Source of the DNA: Armatimonadota bacterium
GTDB lineage: Bacteria > Armatimonadota > SYMT01
Assembly: GCA_046292385.1 (NCBI GenBank)
Contig: JBKBRF010000006.1
Location: forward strand, 64,001-128,000
Reading direction: 5' to 3'
DNA: 64,000 nucleotides
How positions within the stretch are numbered: position 1 is the first letter of the stretch; the number at the start of each line of letters is the position of its first letter. The notes under the pieces were generated by a model that saw only the letters and a program-made list of their open reading frames with translations, searched no databases and was not told where the DNA came from. Position numbers and translations under genes: made by a program. Of this stretch, positions 41,700-54,842 are shown one piece after another.

Positions 41700-44167
41700 T
41701 GACTGACGTCGGATGCTCTCGCTTCGGACGCGGGCGCGCGGCGCTGCCGATGCTCTTCGCCTGGCTGGCGGCGGCGGTCCTGCTCGCCGTGATCCCTCCA
41801 GCGGCTCAGGCACAGGCGGCGGCGGTCTCGCGACTCGGGTTCGTTCCGGCTCGCGCTGCCGGCGGGGGGTTCCACCTCGACGCCGGCCCGCACCGCTTCT
41901 ACTTTTCGGCGGAGGGGATTGCCGTCCGGCTGGCGGGGAGCCGGCGCGGGAGCAGCTGGAGCGTACGGATCGATTTCGAAGGAGCACGCCGCGTCGCTCC
42001 GGTGGCCGCAGGCGCCGGCGGCACCCGCGTCAGTCACTTCTCGGGTAGCGCGGCGGAGTGGACTTCCGTCCGGAGCTCCACCGAAATCGTCTATCGAGAG
42101 CTGTGGGCCGGGATCGATCTCCGCCTGAGCGCTGCGGACCGCCGCCTGAAGTACGAGTATCTCGTCTCGCCGGGGGCGAGTCCCGCCGCGATCCGGCTGC
42201 GCTACCGGGGCGCCAGCCTCTCGCTCGACGGTCAGGCGCTCTCCATCTCCACTCCGGCGGGGGTGCTCCGGGACGAGCCGCCGATCGCGTATCAGGAAAT
42301 CGACGGCGAGCGCCGCCCCGTGACATGCGCCTATCAGGTGGAAAGCGACCGGTGCGGCTTCGAATTGGGCGCATGGGACCCCACCCGCGCGCTGGTGATT
42401 GATCCGGTGCTCCTGGTCTCCTGCGGCTACTTCGGGGGCGACCTGGAGGAGGAAGTCCTCGACCTGACGGTCGATCGACAGGGCTACCTCTACCTCGTCG
42501 GAGCCGCGATCACGCGTCAGGACAGCTTCCCCGTTCGGGTGGGTCCGGATTCTACCTATAACGGCGGCTGGAGAGATGCCTTCGTGGCGAAGCTGACGCC
42601 GGACGCCGCTGAGATCCTCTACTGCGGCTATCTGGGGGGAAGAGGGTACGAGTGGGCTGCCGCGGTAGCCGTGGATGAAACCGGCGCCGCCTACCTCGCC
42701 GGCATGACCGATTCCACCGAAGCTTCCTTTCCAGTGCGGAGGGGACCGATCCTGACCCTGAGCAAGTACCGGGAGGCCTTCGTAGCCAAGGTGGCGCCGG
42801 ACGGCTCGGAGCTGGAGTACTGCGGGTATATCGGCGGGTCTGGCTACGACTACGCTGCGGACATCGTGGTGGACCGGCAGGGCCGCGCCACGGTTTGCGG
42901 AGGGACTGACTCCGAGGACCTACCGGTGCGTGTCGGTCCGTCGCTCTCGCTCTCACGCGGCGAATACTCCGACGATGATGGCTTCCTCGCCCGGGTTTCC
43001 GAGGATGGCTCGACGCTGGAGTTCTGCGGCTACCTGGGTGGGACGGGCACGGACTATGTCGCGTCGATCGCCCTCGCGCCGGACGGAAGCGTGTGCGCAG
43101 CCGGCACTACTTTCTCCGTGGACGGTCCGTTTCCGGCACCAGAGGCGCGAGCCGCGTTCCACCACGAGCCCCAGGACGGCTTCATCGCGCGGATCGCTGC
43201 GGACGGCTCCCGGATTCTCTCCACGCGCCGGTTAGGTGGGGACTCGGCGGACAGCCTTTCGTACCTCCGCCTGGACGGGAGTGGCAGGCTCTACGTGGCC
43301 GGCTACACCCGGTCCGATGAGGAGAGCCTGCCGGTGACCGTGGGACCCGACCTCACGGCGAACCGCTGGCGTTCCTCCGACTACCTGAATTACGGCGGCT
43401 TCGTGGCGCGGCTCTCCGCAGACCTGGAGACGATCGAATACTGTGGCTATCTCAGCGGCGAGCTCGAGAGCTGGATCCGCGGCATCGCCCTCGATGACCG
43501 AGACCGCCTGCTGGTGTGTGGGGTAGTATGGAGTTCCGACCGCGGCTTTCCGGTGCTTCCGGCTCCCAACCCGGTCGCCCGCGGCAGCAAAGAGGCCTTC
43601 GTCGCCCGGGTGAGCGAAAGCGGCGCGGAACTGGAGCTCAGCGGTTTCGTTGGCGGCGAGGGGGAAGACCGAGCGACAGATATCGAGGTCGGGCCGGACG
43701 GGTCGGTGTGGGTGGCCGGAAACACCACCTCCGCGCAGACCAGCTTCCCCGTACGCGAGGCGGGGGACATGGAGCTCGGGCGCGTCATTCGCCGGCATCC
43801 CCAGCAGGACGGGTTCCTCGCCCGCTTCGCGGAATGGGACCTGGCACCCGGCGACCGGGGAAAGCTCGGCGCGCTTCCGGCGCAGGTCGGGCTCGGCTCC
43901 GCGCTTCGTGGGAGCGAGCGGACCGCAACGGTGACCCTCCGCAACCGCAGCGGCCGGAACCCGCTGGTGGTGGACGTGCCCCGGCTGCCGGAGCCGTTCG
44001 AGGCGTCCCCGACCGGAGTGCTGCGGATCCCGGCACAGGGGCAGGCGGAAGTGACGATCACCTTCCGCCCCACCGCGCGGATCCGGTACACCACCTCGCT
44101 GGTGCTCACGACCAGCGATCCGAAGCGGCCCCTGGCGCAGATCCCGATCCTCGGACGCGGACGGTAG
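41696..44167 (+). CDS. Second SBBP-repeat protein, tandem paralogue
   Basis: Same architecture; ATGA overlap with the upstream gene. Confidence 0.85.
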   Translation: MMTDVGCSRFGRGRAALPMLFAWLAAAVLLAVIPPAAQAQAAAVSRLGFVPARAAGGGFHLDAGPHRFYFSAEGIAVRLAGSRRGSSWSVRIDFEGARRVAPVAAGAGGTRVSHFSGSAAEWTSVRSSTEIVYRELWAGIDLRLSAADRRLKYEYLVSPGASPAAIRLRYRGASLSLDGQALSISTPAGVLRDEPPIAYQEIDGERRPVTCAYQVESDRCGFELGAWDPTRALVIDPVLLVSCGYFGGDLEEEVLDLTVDRQGYLYLVGAAITRQDSFPVRVGPDSTYNGGWRDAFVAKLTPDAAEILYCGYLGGRGYEWAAAVAVDETGAAYLAGMTDSTEASFPVRRGPILTLSKYREAFVAKVAPDGSELEYCGYIGGSGYDYAADIVVDRQGRATVCGGTDSEDLPVRVGPSLSLSRGEYSDDDGFLARVSEDGSTLEFCGYLGGTGTDYVASIALAPDGSVCAAGTTFSVDGPFPAPEARAAFHHEPQDGFIARIAADGSRILSTRRLGGDSADSLSYLRLDGSGRLYVAGYTRSDEESLPVTVGPDLTANRWRSSDYLNYGGFVARLSADLETIEYCGYLSGELESWIRGIALDDRDRLLVCGVVWSSDRGFPVLPAPNPVARGSKEAFVARVSESGAELELSGFVGGEGEDRATDIEVGPDGSVWVAGNTTSAQTSFPVREAGDMELGRVIRRHPQQDGFLARFAEWDLAPGDRGKLGALPAQVGLGSALRGSERTATVTLRNRSGRNPLVVDVPRLPEPFEASPTGVLRIPAQGQAEVTITFRPTARIRYTTSLVLTTSDPKRPLAQIPILGRGR

Positions 44168-44176
44168 CGCCGGGGC

Positions 44177-45202
44177 CTACTTCTGCGTGTAGGTCCACTC
44201 CAGGACGACGTCGCCGACCACCTTCAGCGACTCCGGGCTGCACTTGTCCGGCGTGTCTTCCAGGGTGTGCCACCAGGAGTGGCCGGGGCCGTAGTTGAAG
44301 TCGATCAGGTCGATCACGCGGAGGCCTTTGGCGTGGAGCTGCACGTGGTCGTCCTCGATCGGGCCGCCGATCCGCTTCGGGAAGTGGCGGGCGTAGCCGA
44401 GACGGTGGGCGGTGTCGTAGACGCTGTAGAGCACGTCCCGCGCGGCCTGGAGCGAGTTGCTCTCCATCGGGATCTGGAGGTCGCGGTCGCCGACCATGTC
44501 GAGCAGGATGCCCTTCTTCGGCGTGTCGGCGGGGAGGTGCTCCGCGAAGTAGCGGGAGCCGAAGAACATGTCTTCCAGGCCGGGGCCCACGTCCTCGCCG
44601 TCGAACAGGACGATCATCACCGGGACGGGCGGGGGCGAGGCCTTGAAGACGCGGGCCGCTTCGAGCAGCACGGCGACCCCGGAGGCGCCGTCGTTCGCGC
44701 CCGCGATCGGGGTGGCGCGGCGGGCGGCGGTCCGCTCGTAGTCGGCGGTGGGGCGCGTGTCCCAGTGGGCGGTAAGCAGCACGCCCTTGTCGTCGCCGCC
44801 CGTGCCGGTGCCCTTCCACCGCGCGATGACGTTGGTCATCGGCAGCTTCTTGCCGCCGCTCTCCACCGTAAAGTCCTGCCGCTCGACCCGGTCCGCCAGC
44901 GGCTTCAGCGTCTCGACCAGGTAATCCCGGCACGCCGCGTGCCCTTTGCTGCCGGGCACGCGCGGACCGAACGCCACCTGCTTCTCGAGCTGCGCGAACG
45001 CCGCCGCCTTGTCGAACGCCGGCCGCTTTCCGCCGGCAGGCGCGTTGTCCTCCCGGCTGCCTGCCTGGAACAGCAGCAGCGCGCCGAGCGCCGCGCCGGC
45101 GCCCAGCAGCAGCCAGCGCGGGCGCAGGGCGGCGGGCTGGGCGGCGGGGGCGCTACCCGGACGGCGCGCCGCCATGGCTGCGGAACTGTTTGAGGTAGGC
45201 AT
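44177..45202 (-). CDS. M28 family peptidase / glutaminyl cyclase-like (start 45202 or 45175)
   Basis: QVAFGPRVPG, AHWDTRP, GANDGASG, FDGED, LLDMVG, EDDH, WHT..DT. Confidence 0.9.
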   Translation of the reverse strand: MPTSNSSAAMAARRPGSAPAAQPAALRPRWLLLGAGAALGALLLFQAGSREDNAPAGGKRPAFDKAAAFAQLEKQVAFGPRVPGSKGHAACRDYLVETLKPLADRVERQDFTVESGGKKLPMTNVIARWKGTGTGGDDKGVLLTAHWDTRPTADYERTAARRATPIAGANDGASGVAVLLEAARVFKASPPPVPVMIVLFDGEDVGPGLEDMFFGSRYFAEHLPADTPKKGILLDMVGDRDLQIPMESNSLQAARDVLYSVYDTAHRLGYARHFPKRIGGPIEDDHVQLHAKGLRVIDLIDFNYGPGHSWWHTLEDTPDKCSPESLKVVGDVVLEWTYTQK

Positions 45203-46275
45203 GGGTCAGCGGCTCGATCTCTCCGTCCATGACGGCGATGATGTTCCCGGTCTCGAAGTTGGTCCGGTGGTCCTTCACCAGCGTGTAGGGCTGGAAGACG
45301 TAGGAGCGGATCTGGCTGCCCCATTCGATGGCGCGCTGCTCCCCGCGGATCGCCGCCATCTGCTCTTCCTGCTTCTTCCGCTCGATCTCCGCCAGGCGGG
45401 AGCGCAGCACCTTCATCGCGAACTCGCGGTTCTTGAGCTGCGAGCGCTCGTTCTGGCACGCCACCACGATCCCGGTGGGGAGGTGGGTGATCCGGACCGC
45501 CGTCTCGTTCTTCTGGACGTTCTGGCCGCCGGCACCGCCGGAGAGATAGGTGTCGATCCGAAGCTCCTTCGGATTGATCTCCACCTCCACGTCCTCCTCG
45601 ATCTCCGGGACCACGTCCAGGCTCGCGAAGGAGGTATGGCGGCGCTTGTTCGCGTCGAACGGCGAGATACGGACGAGTCGATGGACCCCGTGCTCGCTCT
45701 TCAGGTTCCCGTAGGCGTACGGGCCCTTCACCAGCACGGTCACGCTCTTGTAGCCGGCTACTTCCCCCGGCACCTCGTCCAGGATCTCCGTGGTAAAGCC
45801 GGCCCGCTCCGCCCAGCGCAGGTACATGCGCAGCAGGATGGAGACCCAGTCGCACGCCTCCGTACCACCCGCGCCGGCGTTGATCTCCATGATCGCGTTG
45901 GCGGCGTCGTGCTTACCGGAGAGGATGTCAGCCAGCTCCAGCCGCTCCCACTCGCCCTGCGCGGCGTCCAGCTCGCCGCGGATCTCGTCCGCATAGCTGG
46001 AGGGGTCCGCCTCTTCCGCCGCAAGCTGGAGCAGCACCTCGGCGTCATCCAGCCGGCGGCGCAGCGTGTGCCACGGCTCCACCGCCTGCTCCAGGCGGCT
46101 CAATTCCTGCATTGTCTTCTGGGCGGCCTCGGCCTGGTCCCAGAAGCCCGGCTTCAGGGTCTCCGCGCGGAGACCGGCAATGCGCGCATCTTTGCCCGGG
46201 ACGTCAAAGATGCCTCCCCAGCTCTTCGACGCGTTCCGAAAGAGCTGTTACTTCTCGGCCAAGTTCTTCAAGCAT
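45153..46275 (-). CDS. prfB: Peptide chain release factor 2, with programmed +1 frameshift
   Basis: ORF1 MLEELGREVTALSERVEELGRHL ends CTT-TGA-C (46203-46209). The +1 frame continues DVPGKDAR.. into SPF and GGQ motifs. Confidence 0.95.
46203..46219 (-). other. prfB programmed frameshift site
   Basis: GGGGAGG-CAT-CTT-TGA-C: internal SD, slippery codon and UGA stop. Confidence 0.92.
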
Positions 46276-46422
46276 TCGTCATCCAGACTTGCGCGAGCGT
46301 GTCGCGTTTAGGGCTTCGCCCAGGGTGTAGCGTTTAGGGGGTAGGGTGTAGGTCTGTGGTGAGCCGGGGTGCCACTCGTGCACCTGTCCCTCTGTCCCTC
46401 TATCGCTCCGTCCCGAAGGGCG

Positions 46423-46644
46423 TTATTCCCGGTCCAGCCACTGCTGGTACAGCTCGGCCTGTCGCTGCACCTGCTCGCGGAACCGGCGCACGAACGGGGT
46501 GTCCTCGTCGTGCAGCCAACCATATCCCAGCGCCGCCGCGAAGGAGCGGCTCTTCAGGATCTCCGCCGCATACATCGCCGGCGGATAGGAGACGGCGTAG
46601 ACCGCCTCCTCGTTTCCGTCATTCACGCGCTGCTGATCGTCCAC
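46423..46644 (-). CDS. Small hypothetical protein (73 aa)
   Basis: GGAG RBS before GTG, protein-like composition, co-oriented between secA and prfB. Confidence 0.5.
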   Translation of the reverse strand: MDDQQRVNDGNEEAVYAVSYPPAMYAAEILKSRSFAAALGYGWLHDEDTPFVRRFREQVQRQAELYQQWLDRE

Positions 46645-46692
46645 GGGAGCATCTCCGCGGCGGGACAGACTACCGCCCGCCGCGTGCCGGGG

Positions 46693-49803
<3,111 letters not shown>

Positions 49804-49824
49804 CAGGGGATCACCTCGGCGGGT

Positions 49825-49854
49825 ATTTTAACAGGCTGCACGGGTCCAGTTCAA
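49825..49854 (-). promoter_or_regulatory. Putative sigma70 promoter of secA
   Basis: TTGAAC-N18-TAAAAT with extended TGn, followed by a GAGGTG RBS. Confidence 0.5.
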
Positions 49855-50074
49855 TAAAGCGAGGCTGCGAGGGGACCGGGTTCCATGCTCCAGAGAAAAG
49901 ACGCGCGACGGCGGCGGTTTCCAGCAGCGGAACCGGTGCGGGCGGGGCCTGAGAGAGATACGCACCGGGCACGCCGCGCGTGCCCGGTGCGATGCGAGTT
50001 CCGCCGGCAGCAGCCGACCTCCACATGATGTCATCGCCCGGGGGTCAGGCGACCGCTCGGCGCTGCGTCGGGGA

Positions 50075-52183
50075 CTACCGGCGACCGAGCTGTACCATCA
50101 TGTGGCTCTGGCGGTCCACGAGCTGCCGGTACTCGTTTCGTTCTACCGGATTTCGCACGATCTGCTGGGCGAGCTGGGGGTAACCCACCAGGTGGGTGTA
50201 GAGAGCCACCTCGATCCGATCCGCGGACGACCAGTGCTGCGATCTCGCGCTGGGGGATGCCGCGGCCCGGGCGAGCTTCTCCGCCTTCTTCTCGTTACCG
50301 AGCCACTTCGGGTGGTAGAGCTGCAGTCCCCAGTGGTAGACGCTCGCCTGCTCCGGGAACTGCCGGAGGATGCGGCTGAACGCCTCGTCCGCCAACTCCT
50401 CCTCCCCGCAGAATGCGGCGGAGCACGAGAGCCCCAGTCCGGAGGTGAGGTTCCGCGGATCGAGCTCCGCCGAGCGGAAGTCGGCCTCCAGCCAGAACGG
50501 GTAGAGCTTCTGGCACGCGGCCAGCTCGTCCGGCTGCATCTGGTCGACCGTACGGCCGCGCCGGATTGAGTCGGCCCAGTTGGCATAGCGGTCGCCGAGG
50601 ATCGCCCACGCGGTCGGGCTCTCCATGTTGCAGCGCACCGCCTCTTGCGCTTCCTTGATACTGCTGGCGAACTTCTTCTCCTGCTGGTAGGCACCGGAGA
50701 CGGCGACCCGGAGGAGGTAGTTGGAGGGGTTGAGCGCGACGCCGCGGTGGATCGCCCGCGTGAAGCGGGGATCCAGGCCGGCACCGGTGCCGCCGAGCGT
50801 TTGCGCGTACTGTGCCAGAACGAGCGGGTGGATGTCGTCCGGCTTCAGAGCGTCCTGGATCTCGAACAGGCTGTTGTAGTCTTCGACTACCGCGCGGTTC
50901 ATCAGGAAGTAGAACGCCCCGAGCACCCCCCGCTGCGAAACCTCTCGCAGCCGCTCGGTTGCCGCCGCGCCGATCGACTCGACCGGCACCCACGGCAAGC
51001 CCCCCAGGAACGTCAGGTCCGAAGCCGACTCCTGCACGTGCGTCGGCCCCGGCTGCGGCACCGCACCGGCGCGGCGGACCAGGGCCCGCGCGGCTTCCGG
51101 AAGCTGTGCGAGAACCTGCGCGCGGGAGCCGGAGAGGCGAATGGGAGCACCGACCGCCTTGCCGGAGGGAACCTCCAGCACGCGATAGGTGAGGACGCAG
51201 CGCGATCCGCTGCCCCGGATCTCGCCCACCGCGGCGTGGCTCACTCCCAGGCCCGTCGCCAAATAGGGAGCCTCACGCGGCGTGATCCGCAGGTGGGTCC
51301 GCTTGAGGGTCCGGCAGATCGAGTAACTGGAGGTCCAGAGCGGGGTCCGCCCGAGCTGCGGGTGCGCGCCAGCGGTAAACTGCAGCCAGCGCCCGCAGCC
51401 GGCGCCGAAGGCGGCGGTCTCCGCGTTCGCGCCCTGGGGAACCGGATCGCACACCTGCAGCCCGCCGCCGGACGGTTTCGGAGTGAGCTCGTGAAGCCCC
51501 GTCGACGGCACTTCGATCGAGACCGGGTCCCGCGCCGGAGCGGGGGGCGCCGCCGTGGGGTTGAAGCTGCCGGCCTGAGAGGCGACAGTACGGAGCCGCT
51601 CCCGGAGGTAGATCCACCCGGCGCTTCCAAATATGGCGACCACGGCTACTCCCACGGCAATTCCGGCCAGGAGCCCCAGGCGCGCCGCTCCGGTGAGCGG
51701 CGGACGAGACGGCCTCGCGACCGGGGGCGCTACCGCCTGTGCTACCCGCGGGGCTGCAGGGGCCGCCGGTGCCGACGGCGGCGTGACGGCGGGCGCGCTT
51801 ACGCGAGAGGCCTCCTGCACGGGCCGACTGCCGGCACGGCTCTCCAAACGCCGGAGCGCCTCCGCCGCGGCAGCATGCGTGCGGTCCAGCATCACCGCCT
51901 GCCGGAGCCGGCCGGCGGCCTCTTCGGGCCGTCCTGCCCGCTCCAGCGCCAGACCCAGGTTGTAGTGCATCGCGGCGGAGCCGGGAGCCAGAGTCGCGGC
52001 GTGATGTAGGCACCGCAGAGCCGCCTCCGAGTTGCCCAGGTGGCCGTATGCGACTCCCAGGTAACCCCACGCACCGGCATCCACCGGCACGGCTTCCACC
52101 GCGCGCCGCAGATGCTCCACCGCCGCGCGAGGGTCGCCCCGCCGCAGCGCCGCCAGTCCCAATTCTCGATCGGATGCACTCAT
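50075..52183 (-). CDS. TPR-repeat single-pass membrane protein
   Basis: N-terminal TPRs (AWGYLGVAY, MHYNLGLAL), Pro/Ala linker, one TM helix, C-terminal TPR-like region; GGAGG RBS. Confidence 0.8.
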   Translation of the reverse strand: MSASDRELGLAALRRGDPRAAVEHLRRAVEAVPVDAGAWGYLGVAYGHLGNSEAALRCLHHAATLAPGSAAMHYNLGLALERAGRPEEAAGRLRQAVMLDRTHAAAAEALRRLESRAGSRPVQEASRVSAPAVTPPSAPAAPAAPRVAQAVAPPVARPSRPPLTGAARLGLLAGIAVGVAVVAIFGSAGWIYLRERLRTVASQAGSFNPTAAPPAPARDPVSIEVPSTGLHELTPKPSGGGLQVCDPVPQGANAETAAFGAGCGRWLQFTAGAHPQLGRTPLWTSSYSICRTLKRTHLRITPREAPYLATGLGVSHAAVGEIRGSGSRCVLTYRVLEVPSGKAVGAPIRLSGSRAQVLAQLPEAARALVRRAGAVPQPGPTHVQESASDLTFLGGLPWVPVESIGAAATERLREVSQRGVLGAFYFLMNRAVVEDYNSLFEIQDALKPDDIHPLVLAQYAQTLGGTGAGLDPRFTRAIHRGVALNPSNYLLRVAVSGAYQQEKKFASSIKEAQEAVRCNMESPTAWAILGDRYANWADSIRRGRTVDQMQPDELAACQKLYPFWLEADFRSAELDPRNLTSGLGLSCSAAFCGEEELADEAFSRILRQFPEQASVYHWGLQLYHPKWLGNEKKAEKLARAAASPSARSQHWSSADRIEVALYTHLVGYPQLAQQIVRNPVERNEYRQLVDRQSHMMVQLGRR

Positions 52184-52446
52184 CGCGCCAAAACCTCCAG
52201 GTCGCGGTATTGCGCTAATTCATACTCATCTGAAAGAGGAACAGTTCCTTGAGGCACCACTGACTGACCGTTTCCGCCACGAACCGGCGCGGGCACCGGC
52301 TTGTGGAGACAATAGGAATGCGGATGGCCCGCAGCCCACAGCGGCAGGAACGCACGACGCGCGCTCCGAATCTGCCCCACGGCGCACCGCGCCCTCCCTC
52401 TCACCCTCTCGCCGCGCGCTTCCCCGGCGCTTCGAAAGTCATCGAT

Positions 52447-53769
52447 ATGAAGATCTCTCTACACAACGCACTCCTCGGCGCCGCCGCCGCCGGCCTCGCT
52501 GTCGGCGTAACCGTGGGGATCGCCACCCAGGCCAGGGCGCAGGACCGCCCTTCGGAGCCGCAGCTTCCCTCGGAAGACCTGCTTCACCGGCCCGGGAAGG
52601 CCGCACGGCGCTTCGACGACTTCGTCTACACCGCGAAGGAGCGCCGGGAAGAGGCGGCGGAGAAGGTGGCCCGCGTGCGCAAGTGGCTCGCGGAGAAGAA
52701 GCTGGACGGCGTGCTGATCGCCACGGAGCGGAACCTCAACTGGATCACGGCGGGCGGCAAGGACAACGTCGTCTGGGTGCAGCGCGAGTCGCCGGTGAAG
52801 CTGCTGGTCACAGCGGACAAGCTCTCCCTGATCGCGGACAACATCGAAGGCCCGCGTGTGATGACCGAAGAGCTGGACGGCCTCGGCTACCAGTGGCTCC
52901 GGTACAACTGGCACGCGAAGGAGGCGGATGCCCTGGCGCCGCTGATCCGGGGAAAGAAGATCGCCTACGACCTCCCCGCCGTCGCCGCCGCGCAGAAGGC
53001 CGACCCGGTGGCGCAGGTAGTCGACTTCTCCCAGCTCTACTTCCCGATCACCGCGGGAGAGCAGAAGAAGTACCGCTGGCTCGGCCGGAAGACGGCCGAA
53101 GTGCTGGAGCAGGTCTCCACGGCGATCCGGCCGGGAATGACGGAGCACGACCTCCAGTACCTGCTGGCGCGCGAGCTCTGGTACTGGGACATCGTGCCGA
53201 CGGTGATCCTCTCCGCGGTCGACGAGCGCTTCCGCACCTACCGTCACCCGGTGGTCACCGGCGCCGAGTTGAAGAAGTATGCCGCGCTGAACGTCTGCAC
53301 GCGCCGGTGGGGCCTGGTCGTCTCCACCACCCGCGTGGTGCACTTCGGTCAGCCGGACGAGAAGCTGGCAAAGGCGTGGGCGGACGGCCCGAAGGTGATG
53401 GCGGCGATGTGGGCCGCCTCTCGCCCCGGCAACACGCTGGGAGAGGTGGTCCGCGCCGCGCAGAAGGCTTACGGGCAGATCGGCCACCCGGAGGAGTGGA
53501 AGCTGCACCACCAGGGCGGCCCGATCCTTACCCTGGAGCGGCTCTTCCTGGCGCAGCCGGACGACGGCACGAAGATCGTCCCCGGCATGGTGCTCGCCTG
53601 GAACCCCACGGTCCAGGGCGCCAAGTTCGAGGACACCGTCCTGGTGAAGGAAGACGGCACCCTCGAGAACCTGACCCCCGCCCTCGGCTGGCCGACCGTC
53701 CAGGTCGGAGCCGGCGGCCGCACCTACGCCGTTCCCGGATTGAAGGTGCTGCCGGCACCTGGGCGCTAA
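52447..53769 (+). CDS. Secreted M24/creatinase-fold protein
   Basis: Signal peptide, LDGVLI..NLNWIT, IRPGMTE, HHQGG, AWNPT..KFEDT. Confidence 0.85.
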   Translation: MKISLHNALLGAAAAGLAVGVTVGIATQARAQDRPSEPQLPSEDLLHRPGKAARRFDDFVYTAKERREEAAEKVARVRKWLAEKKLDGVLIATERNLNWITAGGKDNVVWVQRESPVKLLVTADKLSLIADNIEGPRVMTEELDGLGYQWLRYNWHAKEADALAPLIRGKKIAYDLPAVAAAQKADPVAQVVDFSQLYFPITAGEQKKYRWLGRKTAEVLEQVSTAIRPGMTEHDLQYLLARELWYWDIVPTVILSAVDERFRTYRHPVVTGAELKKYAALNVCTRRWGLVVSTTRVVHFGQPDEKLAKAWADGPKVMAAMWAASRPGNTLGEVVRAAQKAYGQIGHPEEWKLHHQGGPILTLERLFLAQPDDGTKIVPGMVLAWNPTVQGAKFEDTVLVKEDGTLENLTPALGWPTVQVGAGGRTYAVPGLKVLPAPGR

Positions 53770-53812
53770 GGGGTTGTGGGAAGTCATTGACACGTTTTGC
53801 AGTGGAGTTCTG

Positions 53813-53863
53813 AGCCCGCGCAGGCGGGCTTCGCTCCGTGTAGCCTCGACTTTAGTCCGAGGC
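53813..53863 (-). repeat. REP family A copy (inverted)
   Basis: AGCCCGCGCAGGCGGGCTTCGCTCCGTGTAGCC is the reverse complement of the family A core. Confidence 0.8.
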
Positions 53864-54122
53864 GAAAGCGGCCAGTCACTCCAGCGCACCCCTTAGTTAG
53901 CCGCTCGCGCGCGCCCTGCACGGGACCCACAGAAACGTGAGACCATCATCGCGTTCGCCGAACCTGCGGAGGCGGACCGCCCGCCACGCTATTGTTTCAT
54001 TGAAGACAGCACGATACCTTGACCCCGAAAGATCGTTCCGACAGAAGGCGGCTCGGCGCGAGGTTTCGAAGTGCTGCTTCGTGTAATTAGAATTCCGACC
54101 AACGCTCCCGAAAGGAAATAGC

Positions 54123-54692
54123 ATGGCACTACAGCTCATTTGCTCGATCAGTGCTGTGTCAAGGGATTGCATCGAGGAAGTGCTCCCTTTCACCGCATCG
54201 GACGACAACGTCGAGCGAGTCCGTCGGCTTTATGGCTCCACCGGACTCCAGTATCCGTCGCAATTCGCGTGCCTCATCGCAACTTCGTCACCTGCCAAGC
54301 CGGAATGGATAGCAGCGTTTGGACTGAAGCGGCAAGCGAATGTTCGCCGGGTAACACAGATGGTGTCGCCGGCTGAAACTGCGATAACGGGTTCTTCAGT
54401 CCTGAAGCAACTAAACGGATCGGGTATCGTGATTGTCACTGTCGAGGAGCTACTGGATGAGGTAGCCGTGGCTGCACCCGGGGACATCTCGGATATCGCT
54501 TCCAAGAGTGGTCAATCGTTGGTTGATCTCAGCGCCATGGCTACCCGTGAGGAGAAGCGAAGGTTGCTCTTGGATCTGGAGCGTCGGGCGAAGAATACGT
54601 ATTGCGAGGCCAGAATCCACAGGCCGTTGATCCGCAGCGATATCAAGGAAGTCTTTAGTCTGTCCGAGTTCCATCGGTACACCAGGAGCTAA
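54123..54692 (+). CDS. Hypothetical protein in a lower-GC patch
   Basis: AAGGA RBS; codon usage visibly more AT-rich than neighbours; no family recognised. Confidence 0.55.
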   Translation: MALQLICSISAVSRDCIEEVLPFTASDDNVERVRRLYGSTGLQYPSQFACLIATSSPAKPEWIAAFGLKRQANVRRVTQMVSPAETAITGSSVLKQLNGSGIVIVTVEELLDEVAVAAPGDISDIASKSGQSLVDLSAMATREEKRRLLLDLERRAKNTYCEARIHRPLIRSDIKEVFSLSEFHRYTRS

Positions 54693-54842
54693 CGCCCTCA
54701 GAGTCGGCTGCGGAAGCCTCGGCGTCGGCGTATGCTCTTAATATTCTCGACGGGTGCTTCGAGGGGTGAAGCTTCGACTCCCGCGTCTCACGCGGGGGTT
54801 GTCCGGGTATAGCCAGCAGGATCTTCAGAGGAGATGCTGCGG

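Noticed and set aside
45153..46112. prfB as a truncated gene or pseudogene
   Set aside because: The missing N-terminus is supplied through the programmed +1 frameshift.
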